This document shows positions 1-11,055 of a stretch of DNA of 27,569 bases, piece by piece. The stretch is from Hormiphora californensis. Taxonomy: Eukaryota; Animalia; Ctenophora. Positions within the stretch are counted from its first letter, which is position 1. Every line of letters starts with the position of its first letter. Made by a program: the position numbers and the translations under genes. The notes beneath the pieces were generated by a model, which was given only the letters and a program-made list of their open reading frames with translations, made no database searches and was not told where the DNA came from. The stretch lies in NCBI GenBank assembly GCA_020137815.1, contig WFME01000019.1, positions 1 through 27,569 of the forward strand. Reading direction: 5' to 3'.

Positions 1-810
1 CTTCCCCCTTCTCTCTCTCTCATCTCTCTCTCTCTCTTCTCTCTCTCTCCTCATTATCTCTTCCCTCTCCTCAATCCTCTCTCTCATCTTTCTCTTCTCC
101 TTCCTCCATCTCTCTCGTCATCCTCTCCTACTCTCTCCTACTCCTCTCGCTCTCTTCTCTCCTCGTCCGTCGTCTCTCTCTCTCAGCTCTCTTTCACCAA
201 TCTCTCCTCTCTCTTCCTCTCTCTCTCTCTCTGCACTCTCTCTCTCTCCATCTCTCTCTCTCTCTCCTCTCTCACTCCTCTCCGTCTCTCTTCTCTCTGT
301 ATCTCTCCTGTCACTCCACTTCTTTTTTTCTCTCTCAGTAGTTGATACACGCATGATACCGAGCCACCTTTCGCAGAGCAGTATTTATAACTGCTTAAGC
401 GACTCACCCTTTAATTCCCATTCAGTGCCTTAGAGCATATTTTTAGATGTATGTACAATTCTTCGTAACCACTCATTTCATCCCACCTAGGATGATTTCA
501 GATACTTCCGATTTCCTGTCTCCATTTCTTAGTATTCATCCCGTTCTTCACTCAGTCATATATAGTCCTTACTATTATTCATCTAGCTACCTTCTCTCTC
601 TCTCTCCTTCTCTTTTCTCTCTCTCGCTCTCTCTCTCCATCTCTCTCTTTCTGTATTTTTTTTCTCTCTATCTCTCTCTCTCTCTCCCTCTCTCTCTCTC
701 TCTCTCGTCCTCCATCCTCTCTCTCTCTCTCATCTCCTCGTTCTCTCTCATCTCAATCGCTCTCTCATCTCTCTCTCTCTACTGCCCGGACTCTCCTCTA
801 CTCTCTCTCT

Positions 811-843
<33 letters not shown>

Positions 844-886
844 CTCTCTCCTCATCTCTCCCTCTCTCTCTCTCTCTGCTCTCTCC

Positions 887-924
<38 letters not shown>

Positions 925-1372
925 CTCTCTCGCTATATCAGGGCGATAGTGTATCCCAATATGGGATGATTGTTAGAAGATTATGCAACATAGAGTGAGA
1001 GAGAGAGGCTGGAGAGTGAGAGAGAGAGGGGCTGGGGTGAGAGAGTGAGAGAAAAGTGAGAGAGAGACTGCTCCTTCTTCTCCCCACTAATGCGGTCCTA
1101 TCATTTCTTACCTGTGTTAATTCCTGGTTTTGTTGCAACAACACCTTCTCAATTGACCCCTTGATAAAACCTATAACAGTGTGACCTTGTTCTGTTCATA
1201 CTGGGAGGGGTAAACGTGTTTTTCAGATGTTTATACGTTGAAACCGTACAGCTAACCATGAAAGCCTCCCTCCCTACTTGTTACGCTAAATGTCCCCTTA
1301 CCTACCTACTGCATCATTCACAGCACCAGCTGGGCTTTGTTGACAAACACATTCGGCGAGGATTCTCTCTCT

Positions 1373-1417
<45 letters not shown>

Positions 1418-2123
1418 TCCGACTGACGTCATTTTGTAGCAGATTCAAAATATTTGGTAAGACGATATTATATCGTCATTAGAAGATTACAAGCCAATAG
1501 ATGCACCCCGACTCTGCCATGTGACGAGGAGGGTACTGCACAGGTGCCGCCCCTAGTGCCCCTCCCAGTACGGGTGTGTGTATGAATCTTTACGCAACGA
1601 ATATAGAGAGACGAAAGATAGAAAGGGGGGGATAATCACTCGATTCTCAAGGTGCTCTCTGCAGATGTTGTGGACTATTATAACAACTCTCAATATCTTA
1701 TCGAGTCCTACCGTTATTTTTTGTTTTCCAAGCCGTTTTAGTTATATTTTCTACCATTTATTGTTTATGACTAAATTCTCTTTCCCTCTCTCGTTCTCTC
1801 TCTAAATTATATCCATACTATTCCTGTCGGTTGCCTCAAATCAATCGACACCCCTATCTTTGCGGCGGTACTTTGTTATAGCGCTCCGAGATCCTGTCGT
1901 GTCCATAATATATATCCACATCATCATAATTAGGGAGAGGGATAACTAGAGAAAGAGAGAGGGGAGGGATAGAGAGAGAGAGGGAGAGAGAGAGAGAGAA
2001 AGGGGAGGGATAGAGAGATGCTAACTATTCGTTCTATCCATCTAGCTGGAAGTAGCATTAGCATCACGTAATCGACTACTCCCATTCTCACTGTCAATCT
2101 CTCCACCAACATCTTCCAATCAC

Positions 2124-2226
<103 letters not shown>

Positions 2227-2307
2227 CTATGCCACCTACCGATGACAAGGCTCCCATACACACACTAGCCGCCCATCATGTACAGCTTCCCTCCAGAGAG
2301 ATGTGTG

Positions 2308-2329
2308 ATCACGTGATATATCATGTGAT
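2308..2329. promoter_or_regulatory. Palindromic double E-box (CACGTG + CATGTG) ~100 bp upstream of the RGS ATG
   Basis: ATCACGTGATATATCATGTGAT is a near-perfect palindrome. Function is inferred only. Confidence 0.3.
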
Positions 2330-2420
2330 ATCATTCATGTAGAGCTGCAGGTCTGCAAGAGCTCTTCAAGCGCACTTTCAAACTGTTTTCTGTTGTCTTC
2401 CCTCTCTCCGACACACATAC

Positions 2421-2441
2421 ATGGTCGCATGCTGTTTTCCT
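2421..2441 (+). CDS. RGS gene first coding exon (MVACCFP)
   Basis: ATG at 2421 followed by a strong donor CCT|GTAAGT. Phase 0 matches the exon at 4802. The ATG is retained in the second copy at 13183. Confidence 0.7.
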
Positions 2442-2742
2442 GTAAGTAAATCACACACAAAACACCCCTGAGGTGAAACACAGACATTTATCTGATTAGA
2501 TTTACTGACATATCACCCCCACAAACTCTCTATAACACCCACACAACCCGTCCTTACACCCCTCTTTAGTCTCACGTGGTGGGTTGTTAGTGTGGTGTTA
2601 GTTTCGATATACATGACTGGTGTAGTACACTAAAGAAGTAGGATCGGGTGAGAGACACTAGGTATTGGTTGCATGTCATTTATGACAGGTTATATATATT
2701 TCATTAGATGGCATAATAAATGAAGTTCCCCCCTAGCCTCTC

Positions 2743-2823
<81 letters not shown>

Positions 2824-5800
2824 CTTGCTCTGTCAAATATATTCTTCCTTTCTTTGTGCATGCTGTTCATATTTCTTAGAAACCACTCTTGAAATGCCTA
2901 AAGTCTCCTATTAGGCCAGTCATATGACGTTGTGAAATGGAACTAATTGATCTAAAAGCGATTCCACTTCCAGGGCACTCCAATGGGTCTCTACAACCAC
3001 CAAAAAAATTTACCGCGGGTACCGCGATGGAGAAATCGGTCATTTCCGGGTTTATTTTGCACCTGCATAAAATATAGCCTAGGACGAATGCGAATATACG
3101 GTAAAAAACCGTCCTTTGGAAACTAGTAGAAAAGAAATCAAGGGCACTAAAGTGTGTAGCGTCCTCGCATTAGTGGGGGTAGGTGCTGGAATTAAGTCTC
3201 TATCTTATCAGGTTAATTAGATAATTGGATAATTAGATGTGCACATAGCCGTTTTTATGGTTATACGGTAAAAACCATCTTTGGAATGGAGTAGAGAAAA
3301 AACCGAGGGTACTAGAGTGATCAGCGTCCTCGAATTAGTGGGGGTAGGTACCAAAATTAAGTTCCTATCTCATCGCGTTAATTAGATCAATTGGATAATT
3401 AGGTATGCGCATAACCGTTTTTAGGTTACATGGCTCTAGCCACTTAGGAATGTTTAGAGACTTTTCATTGGTGCCATTTTTGTAGGCAATAGCCAAGTTA
3501 TGGGGGTCGACGTCGGACTTTTAAGCTCTATATTCAACCATTTAGCCGTTATATGGCTTAAAGGTGCTCATCAAACATCGGTCTTTTTACCGCTTTTTTG
3601 CTCACTTTGAGCCACCTTTAAAGCCAAATAACGGCTAAACGGTGTAATATAGAGCTTAAAAGTCCGACCGTCGACCCCCAATATAACTTGGCTATTGCTA
3701 CAAAATGGCACCAATGAAAAGGTCTCTAAAACCATTCCTAAGTGGCTATACGCCATGTAACCTAAAAACGGTTATGGCCATACCTAATTATCCAATTATC
3801 TAATTAACGCGATGAGATAGGAACTTAATTTTGGTACCTACCCCCACTAATTCGAGGACGCTGATCACTCTAGTACCCTCGGTTTTTTCTCTACTCATTC
3901 CAAAGATGGTTTTTACCGTATAACCATAAAACGGCTATGTGCGCATCTAATTATCCAATTATCTAATTAACCTGATAAGATAGAGACTTAATTCCAGCAC
4001 CTACCCCCACTAATGCGAGGACGCTACACACTTTAGTGCCCTTGATTTCTTTTCTACTTGTTTCCAAAGACGGTTTTTACCGTATATCGCATTCGTCCTA
4101 GCCTATATTTATGCAGGTGCAAAATAAACCCGGAAATGACCGATTTCTCCATCGCGGTACCCGCGGTAAATTTTTTTGGTGGTTGTAGAGACCCATTGGA
4201 GGGCCCTGGAAGTGGAATCACTTTTAGATCAATTACTTCCTTTTTCAGCGATATATCGACGTCATATGACTGGCCTATATCAACTCCAGGAACTGAATCT
4301 TCTGTTTCATATCTTGTATCTATCGACTTGTATTTACATGCCTTTATCAACTTGATCTCTTTCTTGAATCCCTGTATGCAATTGTAAACAACCACTATGT
4401 TTCTATGTTTCTCCATTGTATCTTAGTTCCAAGATATTCATTCTATATCTCCCTAGTAGTACTGGTTGTGTTAGGTATGTCATGCTCGCATTGAACGATC
4501 TAGCGAACTTGTGTACAATGAAATGCCTCAGGCTTCGTTACAAGTCAAGCACCATTGGCCTTATTGTGAGTGAAATAGAGCTTCATTCATGCACAGAGCT
4601 TCATTCATGCACACAGGAGGGATCAATTAATGTCCGAAAAACACACACTGATGAAGATCCTGAGAAAACCTTGTGAAAGCACACACTCCCTCACCAAAAA
4701 ACACCCCTACAACAATATTATTCCATTTCTACGCGCCAGGCTTCTAACCCCTTCCCTTTCTCTCTCAGAACCCCTTCTAACCCCTTTCCTTCCTCTCTCA
4801 GAACCCGCAACAAACGAACCAGTTTTCTCCCGTGGTAGGAGAGTATTCTCGGATAGCGGATTGGGCTAAGAGTTTTGATAAGCTACTAGAAGATCCAGAT
4901 GGAGTGGCGTGTTTCCAAGATTTCCTAAAGAAGGAGTTTGCTGAGGAGAATATAAAGTTTTGGTTGGCGTGCCGAGATTATGAGGCTCTTACTGACTCAA
5001 AACAGGTGAGGCTGATAACATAAAGTGATTAGGTGATTGAGTAATTAACAATGCCAAGATGCTGTGAATTATTGCACCTTGCTCGACCCTGTAGGGTTAG
5101 AACATAACAAGTGATTATTAGTAATTAACTCAACACTTTCCTTAGAGACAGGAGGAAGCCAATAGAATATTATCAGAATACCTGGTATCTGGAGCACCTA
5201 CACCAATTAATATTGATGCAGCTGGCAAGGATGAAGTAGTACGGAACAGTGCTGCTGCCCCTTCCCATCTCTTTAAATCCTCACAGAAACAGGTGAGCCG
5301 TGATGAATAATGATAATCTCAATCAAAATAAAGTTGAGGTCATATAGTGGTCTTGATTTCACACACTGTAGTCTCAATTATGTCTCTAGACTCATTCTCG
5401 GGATATATATCACTGTTTATGTATTGACATGTCTCAACCAGCAACTATTCAACTCCCCCAGATTTACAATTTAATGACTTGCGTTCGGCAAAGACTGGGC
5501 GTTTACCCGCGCAGAAAAGAAGACTACCTGAACCTGCTAGAACAGGAGAAGTTAGGGAAGACACCGTTATTCCGGCATTCTGGGGTCCCTGGGAAGGATG
5601 GGAAGAGGAGGAATGTTATTGGGAGTGACAGTTCAGCCAACTCTCACAGAGGAAACAGGAAGTTCTGGGGTATCTTTGGCAGTAGGAAGAGAGAACCACC
5701 AGGTAGTGTATAGAATCTAATAGTTATTTCTTTCTGAACATTTATTAAGGGTCGGCCAGGAGGAAAGCTCTCTATCGTAAAGACGGAGGAGAGAGAGCAG

Positions 5801-8800
5801 AAGGAGAGAAGAAGAAAGAAGCGAAGCGAGGAGGAGGGAGACGAAGAGAGAGATGGGAAGCGCGAGAGAGAGAGAGAGACAGAGAGGAGAGCGAGAGAAA
5901 GGGAGATAGAGAAAGAGCGAGAGATATGATAGCAGAGGATAAGATATGAGAGCGAGGCGCTTAGAAGAGAATTCTCGAGCTAGCGAGCTGATCTATCTCT
6001 ACTATATCTCCCTCCTCGCGGATCGAGCTATTCTCTATCTATCTATAGCTCTAGCTAGTGTTTCTTCTCCCACTCTCCGTGGCTAAAGAATTCAAAAGAC
6101 ATCACGCCAAGGCAAGTTACTTGGTGGGTGGTCGATGCTTAATTGAATATAATATGTTCACCTCGTACGACATCTAGAAGATGAATTAAATTAATTTTAG
6201 CCCCTATACAAACCCACCATCCCCCCCCCCCCATACCATCACATCTCTAAAGTCGCGGGGGTATTAGTTCATTATCACACCACTTTCGAGCTGTCATAGC
6301 TAACTTCCTCATTTACTAGCCTACTACTTTTTTAATTTGTCATAAAAAGCATCATCATAACCCATGATATTTCCCAGGCGAGGAGCAAGATCAGTCCACC
6401 AAGAACTCCCTTGCCAGAACCAACCCGACCATGACCAACTCTGGCAATGTTGGGAGCAAGTTTGTCCTCCTTGGATGCACCAACTCGACCCTTGAAAACG
6501 GGTAGTAACTACAACTCCGACCAGAGATGGTTTGAACGGACAGCGATTAGAGAGGGCCCTGGGTTTTCCTGGTTAACAGGGGGGTTTGGGGGGTGAACGA
6601 CAGCTGTTACCACTGGGGGGGTTAACCAAACGGGGCCGACGGGGGTAGTGGATAACACACCCGTGGGAAACGGAGGTACACCACACGCGCCGGCGACAAG
6701 GGACCCCAATGGACAGGAAGAGTGTGAGGTGCTCACGGCCACGCGCCCATAGGCGCGCAATATTAAACGATCCGATGGGACCCGAACCGAGGACATCAAG
6801 TTCGTCTGAATTTTTTTTGGGTGTGTCTGTCTACAGAGTATATATATATATATGTGGCACTTCCCAGAGAGACGTTAATAAATACTAAATAGCAATCAGA
6901 TATATGTATCTAGACATTTCTAGTACTAGAAACTAGGGCGATCGTACCGATCGCAAATTTAGAGAAAACTCATTGACTGTCCCCGTGCTTTCTCACTCGC
7001 TGCCATTATCTTTTCGTCTCCTCCCTTTTGGAGTTGGTATAGCATCATTTTTAGCAAGGGTTACATTTTAGTTGCTATACCTCATTTTAGCTCAAATGGT
7101 TGCTATACCTCATTTTAGCTCAAATGGTTAGTGCCGGGTCGTTGAGAAAATGAAATCTCTGTGACGTTTTCTCTTAGTTTCCTTCCGGGGGGATTGGGAT
7201 GGATTGCCAGTGGGCTGTTGGTTTCTTTGGGGTCAGCCGAAATTCTCTCGTGGGGGAGAGAGAGAGGAGACGAGAGATAGAGCGAGAGAGTAGAGAGATG
7301 GGGCGGGAGATAGAGAGAGAAAAGAGAGATATTAGATCAACCGGCGCTCGATAGATTGATGTAGGCACCGGTGATATCCCTTCTCGCTCTCTGACTTCTA
7401 TATCTATCTATGCGTATCAGCTAGCAGATGCTCTCTATACTATCTCTCTATCTATCTCTATTCTATTCTCAAGGTTGAAGTGCAGAACAGCTTGCATCCT
7501 CAGTCAAACACCTTCTCCTAGAAGGTTCTAGAACTACAGATGGATGGGGCTGCATCCTCTCTAGATCTACTAGAATTATACCATGACATCAACTAATACA
7601 ACCCCAATTAGTTCTAAACTTCTTCTCTTCTCCCTGCAGGATTCAGCTGTGTGGAAGTAAGAAGATCAAGTTCTGTACATCTCACGGGAAGACGCTGAAA
7701 GATGTTGTGAAAGAGGCATTTAGTGAAAATAACATTGATCTTCGATCAGTTATGCTTTTTGAGGTAGGTCATGCCTTCATCTTTCTAGATAGGGTAAGCT
7801 GGGGTAAAAGTGGCCCACTTTTAACGTTTTAGGTTCTAAAATACGCAATTTATAAAGCAGGAAGAAAAAAAAATATATAGGCTATCCAATGAACCCTTTC
7901 CTGTCAGCCGAGCTAAATTTACTCTCTACAAGTTTTATTTAATGGGTTAATTAAACGGGTGTAATGGTTAATTTATCAATTCAAATAATTTGGTGTGGAG
8001 GCTATTGGAAAAATTTGCCACCTGGGCAACCCAGCTAGACAGCCCCCAAGCCAACCAATAGACATTGCTCGTCCTATTTTATCCACCACGTGAGCTGGTG
8101 TTGTTAGACGAAAACGATCAAACGAGGGGCAAGGGGCCCACCGGTCTGCACGGAACACGGGCCAATTTTGCCCCCTAATTGATTCATCTGTACTACAAAT
8201 GTTTGTTCTGAACATTCCAATATCACATGGTATTGCAGGCGCCATTTCATTGTCCAGAGGGGGCCACGTTGCCCCACCAGGACCGCCGACACATTTGCCC
8301 CGGAGAGAGAGTGGGCCCATATTGCCCCGATTTCACAAAATTGACACATTAACGACAACAAAATGCCACGTTCTTCAAAATTTTATACCACCGTTTTAGA
8401 GACTTATAAAGCCTAAATGGCAGAGTTTTTGGAAAATCCAAAATCGGGGCCCACCCAAACAGAAATGACGCAGTTTTAAAGCGAAACGGGAACAGAGAAA
8501 CGAGCAGGTCTAAGCTGGAGAAAAAGTAACCCCGTGACCACAGGTAAGAACTAGGGCCCAACTGTGCCCCATACATGGGCCACTTTTACCCCGCGGGCCC
8601 ATTTTCACCCCAGCTTACCACGACTGTTTGCTAGGCTATTTACTAGTTGAAACGATTGGGTACATGGCGGGAACTGAGAATATTACTGGGGTCACAGATT
8701 GGCCCCAAACTCATGTACCCCCACCCCACTTGCAGAAAGGACAGTAACGCAGAGAGACAGTAAGATTAAAGACAAAGTAAGAACAGTAAGAAAAGTACAG

Positions 8801-9850
8801 ACGTATATGCAGGGGATGGATACTCCGAGTGTTTTCGGCCAAAACGGACTTGGAGGTGAGAGGAAATCCAAACGTAGTGACCCCTATCCAACCGGCCATC
8901 CAACGGAACAATCTAACGGCCCCCGCAAAGCTTAATTGTCAGACGAAGGTAAGGCAAGGTGCACAGCTGACATTCCCCTATAACAGAGGCAAGGCGAGTA
9001 TCCCACACCCACTAAACACCAAACCTCTCTCTCAGTATGGAGGCTGGTGGATTTAAGGTCACGGTAGTGGTTAGTATGGAGAGGTAAGGAGAAACGTCGA
9101 GTTAATCTGGCTATGTTGAGTAGTGGATGGAGAGCAGGATGATGAGCTGGAGCTACCCAGTAGTATTGGCCCCCCTCAGTAGATACATCAAATAAGATCT
9201 CGGGAGTTATTATTGCGGCGACAGATAATGAACCATAATAATATGCTTGGTGGGTATGTAATAAGCTAGATAATTTGCTATAGATATAATATCGATATAA
9301 ATATCAATATAATGAGGTATATTTATACATATATATAATATATTTATAGGATTTTGCCCCATGTTTTTGGACATGACCTTTTTGCAACTTGAAGTCTATA
9401 CCAAATTGAAGTATCGGTAATTTTGAAGTTTTATTTGTTTTGTTTTTTGAAAGTTTGATAAGTTTTTTATGTAACCATTCTCTGACGCAAATTCAGTCTC
9501 CCCTATCGATCCCCCTGCCTTTAATACGCCAAGATTGGTTGTCTCAATTTCTGTCCATGTCTAACCCGAACACTGATGTGTTTCAGAGTTTTTCGAGCTG
9601 TTGAACCGAATGCAATGTGATAGACTCGATAACCAGAGGTGTTCTCATCCAAACAGTGCTCGTGAAAAAACTCCCGGGGGCAGGCGGAGAAAGAATGACG
9701 CTATCACTGGTCACATCTAGTCATGAGGTCGAATGGATGGTAGACAAGACGAAGACACACCACGAGCGAGCGCCTCGAGCGGCGGAGATGAGAAATGGGT
9801 GACCCATCGACGAGAGAGAGGAGCGATGATAAAGAGCAGAGAGACAGATG

Positions 9851-9885
<35 letters not shown>

Positions 9886-9892
9886 CTCTCTT

Positions 9893-9926
<34 letters not shown>

Positions 9927-10247
9927 AGTCTCTCCTCTCCTCTCTCTCTCCTCTCTCTCTATTTCTCTCTCCATTTTATTTTTTAGTTTCTCAATGCCAA
10001 ATGATGTAGGTTCCTAACTCTAAATGACCTCCGACACACCCTTCTTTCAATCCCATACCCCACCCCACTCACATATATTCTCCCCCAACTAATCACATTC
10101 TAAAGAACTCTTCCTTTTTAGCAGCAGAAGCGGGCACCAACACCAAGCTCGGGACGAACAAACAGACCAGCAAGCAGAGCCAACTCGGCCCACGGTGTAT
10201 CAAGCTCTTTATGCCGCACGGGGGAAGAGGAGATAGACTACTGCTGA
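2421..10247 (+). CDS. RGS12/RGS14/Loco-like regulator of G-protein signalling (RGS + RBD + GoLoco), multi-exon
   Basis: Manually spliced GT-AG exons: 2421-2441 (MVACCFP), 4802-5005 (WAKSFDKLL..FLKKEFAEENIKFWLAC), 5146-5292 (EYLVSGAPTPINID), 5462-5702 (IYNLM..; contains indels), 6378-6501, 7640-7763 (IQLCGSKKIKFCTSHGKTLKDVVKEAF, RBD-like), 8736-8855, 8943-8948, 9587-~9680 (EFFELLNRMQCDRLDNQRC, GoLoco), 10122-10247 (ends EIDYC*). The domain order is that of the R12 RGS family. The internal structure near 5750-6110, 7470-7530, 8620-8700 and 9680-9960 is uncertain; a phase mismatch between 7763 and 8736 implies a missed exon or a sequence error. Confidence 0.88.
2914..4275. mobile_element. Foldback-like non-autonomous DNA element: ~660-bp inverted arms, ~37-bp spacer
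   Basis: 2914-3570 is the reverse complement of ~3608-4275. Termini are GGCCAGTCATATGACGT, flanked by TA. Each arm holds two diverged ~167-bp direct repeats. The element is absent at the equivalent site in copy 2 (~13720). Confidence 0.85.
4802..5702 (+). CDS. RGS box exons (copy 1): 4802-5005, 5146-5292, 5462-5702
   Basis: RGS motifs FDKLL, FLKKEFAEENIKFW, INID and IYNLM; canonical splice sites; phase-0 joins. Confidence 0.93.
6933..7175 (-). mobile_element. Helitron-like non-autonomous repeat in an RGS intron
   Basis: On the - strand, a hairpin GCGATCG-gta-CGATCGC (6938-6954) lies just before CTAG/T (6933-6936), resembling a Helitron 3' end. There is an internal 28-bp tandem duplication (TTGCTATACCTCATTTTAGCTCAAATGG x2, ~7072-7127). 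The 5' boundary is uncertain. Confidence 0.45.
7640..7763 (+). CDS. Raf-like Ras-binding domain exon of the RGS gene
   Basis: TGCAG| acceptor and |GTAGG donor. GKTLKDVVKEAFSENNIDLRSVMLF resembles the RBD pattern G.T..D.L...l....L. Confidence 0.7.
7792..8619. mobile_element. Non-autonomous TIR DNA transposon (~830 bp) in an RGS intron
   Basis: The left end GGGTAAGCTGGGGTAAAAGTGGCCC is mirrored by GGGCCACTTTTACCCC..GGGCCCATTTTCACCCCAGCTTACC at 8577-8619. No transposase ORF. Confidence 0.75.
9587..9680 (+). CDS. GoLoco/GPR motif exon of the RGS gene (3' boundary obscured by noisy sequence)
   Basis: TTTCAG| acceptor, then EFFELLNRMQCDRLDNQRCS, matching the GoLoco consensus FF.LL...Q..R(L/M)DDQR. 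Confidence 0.85.
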
Positions 10248-11055
10248 CATACAATGTTGTGAGGATGTAAATATCAAGAATTTTAAATGTTAATATGTCA
10301 ACCCAAGTCCGATGAGAGAGAGGGAGAGAGGAGTAATGACGCCGATGAAGATTAAAATACAGATTTAAATTGTTTAAAAAACTTTATTTGAAAGTTAATA
10401 TTTGAAGGTGAGGTGGGTGTGTGAGAACATATTAAGGTGTCTAATTCTATTAATGTCTCAGTGTGCTGTATGTGTTTCAAGACTGCTAAACTAGTTGTGT
10501 GTTTCGCTTATAATCCACAGGACTGTTATTCTCTTCAGCTTGTTCCCCATGCCTGTGTGTCACACTAACATATTGTTGAGTCACGCCAAGGAGGGATGTG
10601 TTACTGATTGTGTTTCTTATTAAACTTGTCATCTTTAAATCACTGTGTTTCACTTTGGATAACAATTGCTAGTTTGGTGTTGGTAACATGGATATACCGA
10701 AGGAAGTGGTACCAGAACATAACTCACTACCTTGCCTTGTTCGACCCAGGACCCTCCCTCCCCGCGCCCCGGTTTGAACAAAACAATCACTACCACTGGG
10801 TTTCATTCACAGATTTAGGAATGAAACCCAGCGACAGAATGATCCTCCCAACCTGGTCCCCATGTGCACTGCGCGCCGTGTGTAATTGTGTACTTTTTAC
10901 ATACCAAAGTTTCATGTCGGGTGCGCGCGACACACAGAATACCAAGATCCAGAGTGAAGTTTCAACACTGAATGTGGTTCATTTGGTGTATTGGGTCAAA
11001 ACACAAACAAGATATTTCTCTTGATAATGACATCTTAATTCAAAAGAATATCAAA

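Noticed and set aside
118-1144. ORFs rich in SL/ER dipeptides (also 2720-2914, 9717-10017, 25995-26777)
   Set aside because: They are translations of (CT)n/(GA)n microsatellites.
4054-4416. 120-aa and 109-aa ORFs over the palindrome arm
   Set aside because: No transposase or other motifs; they straddle the element boundary.
5478-5522. Divergent peptide TCVRQRLGVYPRRK in RGS copy 1
   Set aside because: Clustered indels relative to the clean copy 2; probably sequence error.
5760-6060. Degenerate GA/TC stretches with scattered short palindromes (also 7180-7470, 9680-9850)
   Set aside because: They look like low-quality sequence beside microsatellites and may hide real exons.
6505-6852. GC-rich intronic block ending GTCTGTCTACAGAG(TA)n, possibly a Helitron-type repeat
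   Set aside because: The termini cannot be defined and the sequence appears noisy.
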